NCBI GenBank assembly: GCA_965153355.1
Contig: OZ231126.1
Location: 15,562,001 to 15,626,000 of the forward strand
Origin: Flaccisagitta enflata
Lineage: Eukaryota
Direction of reading: 5' to 3'
DNA length: 64,000 nt
Shown here: one piece after another, positions 30,285-45,651 of the stretch
How the letters are laid out: each line of letters starts with the position of its first letter
Position numbering within the stretch: position 1 is the stretch's first letter
The notes under the pieces: generated by a model
Database searches by the model: none
What the model was told of the DNA's origin: nothing
What the model saw: the letters and a program-made list of their open reading frames with translations, nothing else
Translations under genes and position numbers: made by a program

Positions 30285-30643
30285 GAAATGCAAATTTCGT
30301 ATGTTGGTCAGTATTGAATGTCCATTTGTCCATTTGATTGTCCATTTCATCTCTTCATGCAGGGGGCGGGATTTCTCTCTTTTTTTTTTGCAAGGATGAT
30401 TGTATTACCACCACCAGGATGCGTGATGAGATGAGATTAGCCGCGATGTGTTGATTTGAAACAAAAAGTTTGCCCCTCACCGTAAATCTGTTTTTGTTGT
30501 AGTAAGGGAATGAGACAAATACCACCCAACATGGGTAGGTCATGGGAATTTTCCTCTTTGTGAATCTATGTCATCCTCTCTATCTTACCCTTCTTTCTTT
30601 GTCTCTGTCTCCTTCCGTCTGTATGTCTGTCTGTCTGTCTGTG

Positions 30644-30703
<60 letters not shown>

Positions 30704-31181
30704 ATTCTATGATTCTTTTTGCATCTCACTAGAGTTATGTCAAAGAACGCTTTAACTTGAGGAGCGAAGAAGATGTCAAGTGAACCATTCGATTAAGGAA
30801 AACGCTGTCATTTTCAAGCACCAAGGCTCAACCCGAAGGGAACACATCTTGACCATCGATTTGATTACACAACAATGAGAAGAATTCATTTATTAACGTC
30901 ATCTTTTTGCGAGAGAAACATTATCTTCCTCGCTATCTCCCCCCCCCCTTCTCTCTTGGGCGATACGCTGGGAATACATTGTTTAAAACAAGCGCACGTA
31001 ATCGCGTAAGTGGCTGGTCACTACGAAAACTTCTTAGCTTGAGAGCGTTTTTAGGTACGTCGTAGAATTTGAGAGAGAGAGAGCCCACTAGAGAAAAACT
31101 TGTGGGCCTCTGAAAAAGACAATCACACTTTGTCTCCTTCAATTCTAACGTTTTACTAGGAGACATCATCTCTCTTTTTTT

Positions 31182-31229
<48 letters not shown>

Positions 31230-31347
31230 CTCGCTCTCGCTCTCAATCTCTCTCTCTCAAGAGTTTTGGGATTATTGCCCAGGTTTGGAAAGGTCAATGA
31301 TAAAAATGCCGCTTATCTGGTTGGATAAATACATATTGTCTGTGTGT

Positions 31348-31444
<97 letters not shown>

Positions 31445-31747
31445 AAATGTTGTCACTTCGATTATATGACGGAATCAAGTATTTCGTCCACTTTGCTTGA
31501 GATGAGAGAATATGACGAGGTAAAAAAAAAAAAAAAGAGCAACCGCGACGAGACTAGGCCGAGAAACCGACTAGGATGACATCTGCCAGCGGTGGGGCGG
31601 TGGTTGGTGGTCGTCGTCAGCCTAAATCTTTTTATTATTTCGATCGTCATATAACCTATATTTTATGGAGGACACCTTGCGCCCTAGCAATGCCCACATG
31701 TGCGCGCGGGGTGTGGTCAAGCCTCTTTGTTGAAAGGGAAAACGAAG

Positions 31748-31841
<94 letters not shown>

Positions 31842-31846
31842 CAGAC

Positions 31847-32016
<170 letters not shown>

Positions 32017-33112
32017 GTCGACCTCCGCTATCCAATAATTGACGAGTCCTAAAAAACGGGATAAAAAAGAGATTTTTTCCTTGTTAACGTTCGTTGACGA
32101 CTTAGACAGAAATCGTAAAAAGATAAAGGCTCTCTCTGGCTCTCTCTGTCTTTCCTCGCTGTCTTTTCCTGTTTGCCCATTTCTAATTAAGTACTCTCTT
32201 TCTTTGTCCCTCTGCCTCTGTCTCACTTTCTCTTTCTCTTTCTCTCTGTCTCTGTCTCTCTCTCTCTCTCTCTCTCTGATAAATGGAAATATATCAAACA
32301 GAAAAAAAAGCCTTCCATATATATTACTCTTTTGTCTTTGAGGGTGGAGGTTGATTTAGATGTTGAGAGGTGCTTAACTTTCTTGGAATTGTCTCTCTTT
32401 TTAAGATAAGAAAAAAAAAGATGATAATAAACAACAGTAAATAAAAGGAAAACTAACAAAAGAAAAAAAAACTCCAGCAAGTCAATCAATTCAATTCTTT
32501 TATTTATAAAAAGTTTATAAAAAAAATAAAATAACATCTGAGATTCCGACGCGACGAACGACGGATCGTAGCAGTATATAGGTTGAGGAAAAAAAATATT
32601 TTACCAGTATTTTTTTTTTATTTCTTTACAAAAAAGATTTCTTTTTTTTTTTTCTTTCTAAATTTGACACTTTTTCGGCTTAAATGCGAATAATGAAATC
32701 CGGTTCAAAAGAAAGAATCGATTTCCGACATTTTCAAGAAATTGATCTTGTTGAGAGGATTTTTTTTTCTGTCAGTTTCTTTCTTTCTATTTCAATCATT
32801 TTCTTATTTCATTCTCTTCTTTCATTATGCTTGCTTTTTCTTTCTCTCTTTTTTTTTTTTTTTTTTTTTTTTGCCTCGTTTCCGCGTCTGAGAAAGTATA
32901 CATACGGCCATATAATTTTCCTTAGCTCGTTCAACTTGACATTAATTTGTGCTTCATTTCCATATATACGTTTAAAAAACCGCTATTAAGTCACGACAGA
33001 AAGAAAGCATCACGCCTCCATCTCCTCTCTTTAGCTTTGATTTTACTTTCTTGTTCTTTCTTTATTACTTTCTTGTTCTTTCTTTATCTCTTTCTTTTTT
33101 TCTCTCTTACTC

Positions 33113-33147
<35 letters not shown>

Positions 33148-33493
33148 CTCATTCTTACTTTCTTTCTTTCTTACTCTCTTTCTTCCTTCCCCTCTTTCAT
33201 GGATACTTCCTCTCCAATTTCTTACTTTCCCTCTTTAATTTTTTGGTTTGTTTTTCTCCCCTCATTGATTCTTTCCTTCTCTCTTTCTTGCTCTCTTTCC
33301 TTCATTTTTTTCTCTCTTTCTTTCTTTCTTTCGTCGTCCTTCTATATCTCTCTCTTTCCCTCTAAAGCTCGTGGCCTCTGATAGAATACGTAAATGTCAA
33401 TTTCAACAAGGCGTTAAACACAAACGTTAATCCATCCCTCTTTTTTTTTCTCCCGTATCTATCCTTGCTCTCTCTCTCTCTCTCTCTCTCTCA

Positions 33494-33606
<113 letters not shown>

Positions 33607-33615
33607 ATCAAACAG

Positions 33616-33877
33616 CGATGCGCGGACAAACTGAACTCGCTGGCGATTTCGGTGATGAATCAATGGCCGGGTACTCAGCTTCGCGTGACGGAGGCTTTCG
33701 ACGAGGATGACAATCATTCTCCCAACTCGCTTCACTACGAAGGACGCGCCGTCGACATCACCACTTCCGACCGCAGCCGCGCCAAGTACGGCATGCTCGC
33801 CCGACTCGCCGTCGAGGCCGGTTTTGACTGGGTCTACTACGAAAACAGGGCGCATATCCACTGCAGCGTCAAATCCG
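33616..33877 (+). CDS. hh: Hedgehog coding exon 2 (262 bp, core of Hh-N)
   Basis: Acceptor AACAG|CGA. Encodes [87 protein letters not shown]. Donor G|GTGAGT is phase 1 and in frame with exons 1 and 3. Confidence 0.97.
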
Positions 33878-33917
33878 GTGAGTCTTTTTTTTTTCACCCA
33901 AAAGGATCTTGCATGTA

Positions 33918-34043
33918 CAGTTACACCCCGCCATAACGGTCATTTGCAATTTTTTTAATTGCTTTATTGACAATGACAGAAACCCATTAAAAATAGAAAT
34001 AGTTATTCAGTCTCTGGACATCCGTTATTGCGGGATTCAACTG
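33918..34043. mobile_element. Small Tc1/mariner (pogo-like) MITE, 40 bp downstream of the exon 2 donor
   Basis: TA|CAGTTACACCCCGCCATAACGG...CCGTTATTGCGGGATTCAACTG|TA, i.e. imperfect TIRs with TA flanks. Mirror copy at 43650..43775. Confidence 0.7.
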
Positions 34044-34185
34044 TATGTACATCAGTACATCAATTGAGGATCATCTATGACTGATGATATAATTAATTCG
34101 TGATATTGAAGATGCTGGATGATGATGATGTTGATGACCAGGTAGAAAGCTAATGATATAGCATAATGACAACAACAAAGAACAA

Positions 34186-34279
<94 letters not shown>

Positions 34280-34516
34280 AAAAGAAAATATTCGACAAAA
34301 TAGATTAACAGAACAACCAAGCATGATAATAGATGATGTTATTTTAATGAAAAGTGGGGAAATATCAGAGGAAAAACTCGAAGAGCGACTTAAAAAACCT
34401 TCCTGGGGTCAGACGCGTCCCAAGGTTAAATTAATTCTTTATCTCGTACCTCAATTTTCGTAAATCGTCACTATCTCTTATTTTCATCTGCTTCTTCTTC
34501 TTCTTCTTCTTCTTCT

Positions 34517-34551
<35 letters not shown>

Positions 34552-35753
34552 TTCTTCCTCTTCTTCATCTTCCTCTTCTTCTCTAATTTTTCTTAAACAT
34601 TTATAAGGAACAAGGGCAATCAGCTGGTTTTGTTTGAAAAGAAAGTTGTTTTTCGTTTGCTCTGGCTTAACGCCGGTGTAGAGAAATTAGAGAATGAAAC
34701 AAACTTATTCAGTCATAAATGCTTCAAATAGAAATACATTTAGGATCTTTTTTCTTCCTTGCGTTTATATATATTTTTTTTTTATTCTTTCTTTTCTCTC
34801 CCTTTCCTGCAAATTTCGTAGATTCTTTTAAAATCTGAAATTTCTCCGATTTTCGTGGGTTTGCTTTTGTTTTTTCTTCACGAATGCCGAAAAACGCGAT
34901 TCTCTTTGCTTATTCGCTCCTCCTCACATTTTTTGTGTCTTTTTTGTGTATCTCTCACATTTTTTTCTTTATTTTCTTCGCTCTTAAACCGCGTTTTTCT
35001 TATCTTCAACGTAGTATTGTTGTTTTTTTCTTTTTTTTCCTTTATTCCGGTCCAAAGATGCATGATTACAAAATGCTCTTGTGTTTCCTTCTGGTACTTT
35101 AAGTGATCATATTTTGTCTTCTTTGGATTATCATTACGTTGATCGTGTCAGAGTGAGAGAGAGAGAGAGTGTGTATGTCCACATATATATCCACCTCCCG
35201 TAAGACGTGAGATAGTAAACAATCTAGCATTTACACACTCGCCACTACGCGGGAGTCCAACGGAGAGAGTAATGCAAACACGTTTGTTAAAACAGCGGAA
35301 AACGGTTTATGCGATTCTGTTGGTCAACCAATTGTTGGCCGTTGATCCGATAGTGGTGACCTCTAGACGGGAGAGAATGCGAGCAAGGCGACGCTAACAA
35401 ACAAATGACATCGAACAAATGGCAAACAAACACAAACGATCGACGGATCGGGATATCGTTTACCTTCTCACCTTACCATGTTAAAAAGCTTTTGTAAATG
35501 TAAATCGCGGAAAAGAACAATTCTGTTGGGAAAGAAAACTGAGGTGGGAGAGAAAGAAGGGGGATGAGGAGAAAGTTAATGCAAGAGAACAAAAAAAAAA
35601 AAAAGAATATGAACCGAGAATTTTACGCTAAAGAAACCGGAAGGAAAATCAAATGATGTAGGATATGGCATCAAGATGGAGCCACTGGAAGACAAAGAAT
35701 GTTGGACAGAACCAAGAAATGGCGAAGAAAGAGAAAATGAATGAATGAAAGAA

Positions 35754-35839
<86 letters not shown>

Positions 35840-36594
35840 GACAGACAGACAGACACAGACAGACAAACAGACAGACAGCCCAAAAAGTAAGGAAAATATC
35901 GAAATGAAAAGGAAAAGAAAGGTTCATATGATTGGTTGGTCTCAAGATGCCGAATACGAATTCGTTTTTGACCCGGACAAATTTGTTTGCCGGTGGGCAC
36001 TTTCGAAGCGGCGTTATGATAGTGGCGGTGGCGGTGGTGGCAGCCAGATTTGCGGTCGCAGTGGCGTAGATGGCGTAGCCGGCGACGGCGGTTAAACGTT
36101 ATCTGCCGGATCGATTTGTCGTTGACGAATTGTTTCATCGTCCGAGGCTCATTAAATAAGTTCGACGCCATCTCTTGGGCAAATCTCTGTCTGTCTGTCT
36201 GTCCCTCTTTCTATTTCTCTCTCTCTCTCTAACGCACACACACACGCGCGCGCGACGTGGTCCCTCTATGTCCTTTGAAGGCAATATATTTACTAAAAGC
36301 CGCGTATGGAAACTGCCTCGTCGTTTAACTTAATACGAGCATTGAGACATTGAGACCTCAAAATGGATTTTTACAAACAAAAAAAAGCAAAGCCATGGAA
36401 GACAATCATTGTGCACTGTGCACCCGCGTCATCCTCTTGAGGACGATGATAGTTTTTTGTCCGTCTTCCATTGGGGGATGCCCTTTGGAGGGTTTTATAG
36501 TACTAAACAGTCGCATTGGGGCATGGGAACATTGGGTAGGAACTTTGGGGGTATTCCAAGTGCAATAATTGATTGCCTTGTTATTCTACTTAAT

Positions 36595-36735
36595 GGGGGT
36601 ATACAGAGTTGGTTTGTACAGAATTGGTTTGTACAGAATTGGGTGTACAGAATTGGTTTGTACAGAATTGGGTGTACTAAATTGGTTTGTACAGAATTTG
36701 GGTGTGCAAAATTGGTTTGTACAGAATTGGGGGAT
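36595..36735. repeat. ~15-bp minisatellite (GTACAGAATTGGTTT); mirror copy ~40212..40305 has fewer units
   Basis: Visible tandem units, which produce the IGLYR/CTELV pseudo-ORFs. Confidence 0.85.
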
Positions 36736-37037
36736 GTGTGAAAGACTCGAACTATAATTATCGTGACAAGGTCAAGGTGCGTGGACATGGTCGTTCATCG
36801 AAAAGAAAGAAGAATGAAAACAAGTTACACATGTTCCGGCTACGGACGTTTTACGCGCTCTATCGTATGTAGCGCAATAAAGCACGAGTATATTGCGCGT
36901 ATATTGCGCATCAAAGCAAAGCGGAAGCGAAGGGCGAAGGGCGGCAAACAGGAGTCTTACCGGTGAAAAATGGCCACAAATCTGGTCGAAGAATCGAAAC
37001 ATCGGATAGAACAAATCTTCTCTTTCTTTCTTTCTTC

Positions 37038-37180
<143 letters not shown>

Positions 37181-37253
37181 TCGTTCTTTCTTTCTCTCTT
37201 TCTTTCTTTCTCTCTTTCTTTCTTTCTTTCGTTCTTTCTTTCTTTCTTTCTTA

Positions 37254-37441
37254 TTTTTAAGTCGCGGACAAGCGACTCTATAAGAGGCTTTGTCCGTCCG
37301 TCCGTTGGTCCGTCGGTCCGTTGGTCCGTCGGTCCGTTGGTCCGTCGGTCCGTCGGTGAGCACGAGTCGAAAAGTGGGAAAACGCGCATTTCCGCCCCTG
37401 CCCACCCGTCCGCGACTGATATTGGTGTATCCGGCCTTGTT
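37254..37441 (+). mobile_element. HINE-like element specific to the left arm
   Basis: AGTCGCGGACAAGCGACT hairpin, (GTCC/GGTC)n, GTCCGCGACT and GTATCCGGCCTTGTT. It is absent from the mirror (GAAA)n tract at ~39220-39350. Confidence 0.85.
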
Positions 37442-38089
37442 CTTTCTTTCTTTTGTTCTTTCTTTCTTTCTTTTGTTCTTTCTCTTGTTCTTTCTCTTGA
37501 TGTTTTCTTTCGTTCTTTCTTTCTTTTCCACCTACTTTCTTTTTATCAAACTGCGATAGTTACCAGAAAGATGTGCACAAAAGCCCCCTCTTGGAGAGAG
37601 ATGAAGAGGGCAAAGAGAAAAAGAATCTCTCAAACAGACGCTCATGAATTACACCCAAGTGGCACATTGGGGGGACTCAATGGTTCATAAAGTTCATGAC
37701 ACGCATCTTCTCTTCACCTACCATTAGCCTCCAAAGGGTCATGATACTTGGAGACTCGTGGTCGCGTGGCCGGCCATTTACTACGCGGACGTCCACTTGG
37801 CGTTTGCACCTTAAGAGGGAGTTGGGGACCCGGCCTTATTTTTCGACCTCTGTCTCGTTCTTGCGCCTGAGAAAAAACAAAACAACGTGAATAGGCATCG
37901 GTATTTTCCCGCTCTCGCTCTCGATGTGGAGCGCGTTCGAATATAATTTGTCCACCACATAATCATAGACGAGAAAGAAAAGACACAATTAAGCCGAGGA
38001 GGTGAACACGTGCTTGGATTGGTCAGACGATGGTGTTCATTTGTTACGATACCAACTTCCGTTTTCAACGTTGAATTACATAAACTGCA

Positions 38090-38641
<552 letters not shown>

Positions 38642-39247
38642 TGTGTGTGCTAAGAAGAAGAAAAAGAAGAAGAAGAAGAAGAAGAAAGAAGAAAGAAGAA
38701 AGAAGAAGAAGAAGAAAAGACAGAAGAAGAAGAAGAAGAAAGAAGAAGAAGAAAAAGATACATGTAATCTACGGCATTGGAAAAAAAAGTTAATATCATA
38801 ACTAAACAATTAATGTCTTCTTTATAATCTATTCTGTGATGGATAAATATAGCTAGAACAGCAACTCCTGTTTAGTACTATCAGGCCTGCAGCTGTTTAC
38901 AGTCAGGCCAAAGTCTAACTATATAAAGTACAACCTCAAATAAGTGTCTATGTGCCCTCGAAATATCGCGACTTTGAAGAAGAAGACAATCTAATCATGG
39001 AGCCATGGGTCACGTGGAGTCCCCAATACCGTCAAATGTGGCGTCTATTTTGAGAAGATTCTTTTTCTCTTTGGCCTCTTCATCTCTCTCTCTCCAAGAG
39101 AGGGCTTTTGTGCACATCTTTCTGGTAACTATCGCAGTTTGATAAAAAGAAAGTAGGAGGAAAAGAAAGAAAGAACGAAAGAAAGAACGAAAGAAAACAT
39201 CAAGAGAAAGAACAAAAGAAAGAACAAAAGAAAGAAAGAAAGAACAA

Positions 39248-39352
<105 letters not shown>

Positions 39353-39510
39353 GGAGAAGATTTGTTCTTTCCGATTTTTCGATTCTTCGACCAGATTTGT
39401 GGCCATTTTTCATCGGTAAAACTCCTGTTTGCCGCCCTTCGCCCTCGCTTTGCTTTGATGCGCAATATACGCGCAATATACTCGTGCTTTATTGCGCTAC
39501 ATACGATATA

Positions 39511-40089
39511 CTATCTTCGCCAAAAGAAACGCGACACCCTGGCAAAGATATGATTTATTAATAATCTTCGTGAATTCAGCCATTGTGAGTTTGGAGAATT
39601 GGCAAGTTATTAACATAAAAATACCGCAGACTGGATACGAATCACGATTTATATCGCATTTTCTTCGTCAACAGGGAGTGAAAACCTCTTACCGTTTTGT
39701 CAGCGTTTTGCGAACATTGATTTTTGATTGGGTTCTTTCTTTTCTTGCCATTTCTAAATAACTGGATCTACAGAATCCAGATTGAGCCCACCTTCAAAGA
39801 TTTTTGATGTAGATCCAATTTCTTTTTAGAAAAAGTATTTGGAAACCTACAGAAAATTTAAGATATGAGTTAAGTTATATAAATTTTAATTTTTTTATCA
39901 AGTCTGAATATGACTATTTTCCTTCTTCTGCTTGCCATTTCTAAATGCTTTAAGATACAGTTACCATATTGAACTCATTTTGTAGATCTTTTGAAGAAGA
40001 TTAATTTTTTTTATTTAAAGAGTATCTAGCTTTTATAGAAGCCAAGATATTGTAGATAAAAGGTGTCGCGTTTCTTTTGGCGAAGATAG
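39511..40089. mobile_element. Tc1/mariner-type MITE with perfect 28-bp TIRs and TA target duplication, right arm only
   Basis: TA|CTATCTTCGCCAAAAGAAACGCGACACC...GGTGTCGCGTTTCTTTTGGCGAAGATAG|TA. The empty site is at ~36860. Confidence 0.9.
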
Positions 40090-40605
40090 TAGCGAGTACA
40101 ACGTCCGTAGCCGGAACATGTGTAACTTGTTCACATTCTTCTTTCTTTTCGATGAACGACCACGCCCACGCACCTTGTCACGATAATTATAGTTCGGGTC
40201 TTTCTCTCGTCCCCCAATTCTGTACAAACCAATTCTGTACACACCAATACTGTACAAACCAATTCTGTACAAACCAACTCTGTACAAACCAATTCTGTAC
40301 ACCCCCATCGAGTAGAATAACAAGGCAATCAATTAATACACTTGGAATACCCCCAAAGTTCCTTCCCAACGTTCCCATGCCCCAATGCGACTATTTAGTA
40401 CTATGAAAGCCTCCAGAGAGCATCCCCAATGCAAGACGGACAAAAAACTATCATCGTCCTCTAGAGGACGACGCGACTGCACAGTGCACAATGATTGTCT
40501 TCCATGGCTTTGCTTTTTTTTGTTTGTAAAAATCCATTTTGAGGTCTCAATGTCTCAATGCTCGTATTAAGTTAAACGACGAAGCAGTTTCCATACGCGG
40601 CTTTT

Positions 40606-41348
40606 GGGCAGCGGCCCCGAAGGGGACGAAGTCCTGTAGAACACAGGGGGAATCTGTCCGTCCGTCCGTCCGTACGTCCGTCCCCCCTCCCAGCCCCATC
40701 CTCAGGGCTTTGTCTCCTTTGGGGCCCAAATCCAAGCAAAATGGCCCAAATCCAAGCAAATTGGCCCAAATCCAGGCAAAATGGGCTAATTCCTGGCAAA
40801 ATGGCCCAAATCCAGGCAAAATGGGCCAAATCTGGCTTAAAAACCTGAATTTTGGCCCCTTAAATTTAGATTCTGGTTTCTAAAACCCCTATCCTAGTCT
40901 TAAAGACCCAGATCCTGTTCTCTGGGACCCAAATTCTGACCTCCAAGACCTAGGTTCTGGCCTGAAAGACCTAAATCCTAGCCTCAAAGACTCAGATTCT
41001 GGCCTCAGAGACCCAGATTCTGGCCTCAGAGACCCAGATTCTGGCCTCAGAGATCCAGATCCTGGCCCGCTCTTCCCTCAATTCAACCTACAAATTTGAG
41101 AAGTTCAAGGGTACCATTGTCCATGAACTGCCTTTTGTCATTTCTCTATGGTATTCAATGAAAATTTGAATAACAGGGCATCCTGGACAGAAGGCAGATG
41201 GACGGACGGACAGACAGACCCAGACAGACAGATTTCCCATACCGCAGGACCCGTCGCCGGGAGCCGCTGCCCTACTCGGCAACCAGCACAAATCACTACC
41301 TCAAGCAGAGGCACAGGTACACGACCACTTACTGCTGGGCTGCTATTG
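40606..41348 (+). mobile_element. Family B element with internal 20/21-bp tandem arrays, right arm only
   Basis: Starts GGGCAGCGGCCCCGAAGGGGACGAAGTCCTGTAGAACAC, then (GTCC)n. It is inserted after GGCTTTT, and the empty site at ~36295 shows no target duplication. Confidence 0.85.
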
Positions 41349-41404
41349 AGTATATATATTGCCTTAAGAGACATAGAGGACACGTCGCGCGCGTGTGTGT
41401 GTGT

Positions 41405-41459
<55 letters not shown>

Positions 41460-41786
41460 AGAAAGAGGGACAGACAGACAGACAGAGATTTGCCCAAGAG
41501 ATGGCGTCGAACTTATTTAATGAGCCTCGGACGATGAAACAATTCGTCAACGACAAATCGATCCGGCAGATAACGTATAACCGCCGTCGCCGGCTACGCC
41601 ATCTACGCCACTGCGACCGCAAATCTGGCTGCCACCTCCGCCACCACCGCCACCGCTTCGAAAGTGCCCACCGGCAAACAAATTTGTCCGGGTCAAAAAC
41701 GAATTCGTATTCGGCATCTTGAGACCAACCAATCATATGATCCTTTCTTTTCCTTTTCATTTCGATATTTTCCTTACTTTTTGGGC

Positions 41787-41894
<108 letters not shown>

Positions 41895-43353
41895 TTCTTT
41901 CATTCATTTTCTCTTTCTTCGCCATTTCTTGGTTCTGTCCAACGTTCTATGTCTTACAGTGGCTCCATCTTGATGCCATATCCTACATCATTTGATTTAC
42001 CTTCCGGTTTCTTTAGCGTAAAATTCTCGGTTCATATTCTTTTTTTTTGTTCTCTTGCATTAACTTTCTCCTCATCCCCCTTCTTTCTCTCCCACCTCAG
42101 TTTTCTTTCCCAACAGAATTGTTCTTTTCCGCGATTTACATTCACAAAAGCTTTTTAACATGGTAAGGTGAGAAGGTAAACGATATCCCGATCCGTCGAT
42201 CGTTTTTGTTTGTTTGCCATTTGTTCGATGTCATTTGTTTGTTAGCGTCGCCTTGCTCGCATTCTCTCCCGTCTAGAGGTCACCACTATCGGATCAACGG
42301 CCAACAATTGGTTGACCAACAGAATCGCATAAACCGTTTTCCGCTGTTTTAACAAACGTGTTTGCATTTACTCTCTCCGTTGGACTCCCGCGTAGTGGCG
42401 AGTGTGTAAATGCTAGATTGTTTACTATCTCACGTCTTACGGGAGGTGGATATATATGTGGACATACACACTCTCTCTCTCTCTCACTCGGACACGATCA
42501 ACGTAATGATAATCCAAAGAAGACAAAATATGATCACTTAAAGTACCAGAAGGAAACACAAGAGCATTTTGTAATCATGCATCTTTGGACCGGAATAAAG
42601 GAAAAAAAAAGAAAAAAACAACAATACTACGTTGAAGATAAGAAAAACGCGGTTTAAGAGCGAAGAAAATAAAGAAAAAAATGTGAGAGATACACAAAAA
42701 AGACACAAAAAATGTGAGGAGGAGCGAATAAGCAAAGAGAATCGCGTTTTTCGGCATTCGTGAAGAAAAAACAAAAGCAAACCCACGAAAATCGGAGAAA
42801 TTTCAGATTTTGAAAGAATCTACGAAATTTGCAGGAAAGGGAGAGAAAAGAAAGAATGAAAAAAAAAAAATAAAATAAAATAAACGCAAGAAAGAAAAAA
42901 GATCCTAAATGTATTTCTATTTGAAGCATTTATGACTGAATAAGTTTGTTTTATTCTCTAATTTCTCTACACCGGCGTTAAGCCAGAGCAAACGAAAAAC
43001 AACTTTTTATCCAAACAAAATCAGCTGATTGCCCTTGTTCCTTATAAATGTTTGAGAAAAATTAGAGAAGAAGAGGAAGATGAAGAAGAAGAAGAAGAAG
43101 AAGAAGAAGAAGAAGAAGAAGAAGAAGAAGAAGAAGAAGAAGCAGATGAAAATAAGAGATAGTGACGAATTACGAAAATTGAGGTACGAGATAAAGAATT
43201 AATTTAACCTTGGGACGCGTCTGACCCCAGGAAGGTTTTTTAAGTCGCTTTTCGAGTTTTTCCTCTGATATTTCCCCACTTTTCATTAAAATAACATCAT
43301 CTATTATCATGCTTGGTTGTTCTGTTAATCTATTTTGTCGAATATTTTCTTTT

Positions 43354-43425
<72 letters not shown>

Positions 43426-43438
43426 TCCTCCTTTCTTC

Positions 43439-43509
<71 letters not shown>

Positions 43510-43815
43510 GTTCTTTGTTGTTGTCATTATGCTATATCATTAGCTTTCTACCTGGTTATCAACATCATCATCATCCAGCATCTTCAATATCACGAATTGA
43601 TTATATCATCAGTCATACATGATCCTCAATTGATGTGCTGATGTACATACAGTTGAATCTCGCAATAACGAATGACCAGAGACTGAATAACTATTTTTAT
43701 TTTTAATGGGTTTCTGTCATTGTCAATAAAGCAATTAAAAAAATTGCAAATGACCGTTATAGCGGAGTGTAACTGTACATGCAAGATCCTTTTGGGTGAA
43801 AAAAAAAAGACTCAC

Positions 43816-44075
43816 CGGATTTGACGCTGCAGTGGATATGCGCCCTGTTTTCGTAGTAGACCCAGTCAAACCCGGCCTCGACGGCGAGTCGCGAGCATGC
43901 CGTACTTGGCGCGGCTGCGGTCGGAAGTGGTGATGTCGACGGCGCGTCCTTCGTAGTGAAGCGAGTTGGGAGAATGATTGTCATCCTCGTCGAAAGCCTC
44001 CGTCACGCGAAGCTGAGTACCCGGCCATTGATTCATCACCGAAATCGCCAGCGAGTTCAGTTTGTCCGCGCATCG
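43816..44075 (-). pseudogene. hh: Inverted, frameshifted duplicate of hedgehog exon 2 (260 bp) inside intron 2
   Basis: The reverse complement is identical to 33616..33877 except for a synonymous GGT>GGG and a 2-bp deletion (CTCGCCCGA>CTCGCGA) near 43891, giving ...[12 protein letters not shown]. The AG acceptor and GTGAGT donor are retained. No matching exon 1 or exon 3 was seen on the minus strand. Confidence 0.92.
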
Positions 44076-44084
44076 CTGTTTGAT

Positions 44085-44387
<303 letters not shown>

Positions 44388-44722
44388 AAGGATAGATACG
44401 GGAGAAAAAAAAAAGAGGGATGGATTAACGTTTGTGTTTAACGCCTTGTTGAAATTGACATTTACGTATTCTATCAGAGGCCACGAGCTTTAGAGGGAAA
44501 GAGAGAGATAGAGAAGGACGACGAAAGAAAGAAAGAAAGAGAGAAAAAATGAAGGAAAGAGAGCAAGAAAGAGAGAAGGAAAGAATCAATGAGGGGAGAA
44601 AAACAAAGCAATAAATTAAAGAGGGTAAGTAAGAAATTGGAAAGGAAGTATCCATGAAAGAGGGGAAGGAAGAATGAGAGTAAGAAAGAAAGAGAGTAAG
44701 AAAGAAAGAAAGTAAGAAAGAG

Positions 44723-44793
<71 letters not shown>

Positions 44794-45587
44794 GAGTAAG
44801 AAAGAAAAAAAGAAAGAGATAAAGAAAGAACTAGAAAGTAAAATCAAAGCTAAAGAGAGGAGATGGAGGCGTGATGCTTTCTTTCTGTCGTGACTTAATA
44901 GTGTTCTTTTAAACGTATAAATGGAAATGAAGCACAAATTAATGTCAAGTTGAACGAGCTAAGGAAAATTATATGGCCGTATGTATACTTTCTCAGACGC
45001 GGAAACAAGGCAAAAAAAAAAAAAAAATGAGAAAGAAAAAGCAAGAAAAATGAAAGAAGAGAATGAAATAAGAAAATGATTGAAATAGAAAGAAAGAAAC
45101 TGACAGAAAAAAAATCCTCTCAACAAGATCAATTTCTTGAAAATGTCGGAAATCGATTCTTTCTTTTGAACCGGATTTCATTATTCGCATTTAAGCCGAA
45201 AAAGTGTCAAATTTAAAAAAAAAAGAAATCTTTTTTTGTAAAGAAAAAAAAAATACTGGTAAAATATTTTTTTTCCTCAACCTATATACTGCTACGATCC
45301 GTCGTTCGTCGCGTCGGAATCTCAGATGTTATTTTATTTTTTTTATTAACTTTTTATAAATAAAAGAATTGAATTGATTGACTTGCTGGAGTTTTTTTTT
45401 TCTTTTGTTAGTTTTCCTTTTATTTACTGTTGTTTATTATCATCTTTTTTTTTTCTTATCTTAAAAAGAGAGACAATTCCAAGAAAGTTAAGCACCTCTC
45501 AACATCTAACTCAACCTCCACCCTCAAAGACAAAAGAGTAATATATATGGATGGCTTTTTTTTCTGTTTGATATATTGCCATTTATC

Positions 45588-45651
<64 letters not shown>

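Noticed and set aside
36409-36872. ORFs with IGLYR/VQNWF/CTELV repeats (also 40033-40406)
   Set aside because: They arise from a ~15-bp minisatellite and are not conserved in frame between the two arms.
43757-44075. A second hedgehog paralogue on the minus strand
   Set aside because: Only exon 2 is present. It is frameshifted and is part of the inverted duplication.
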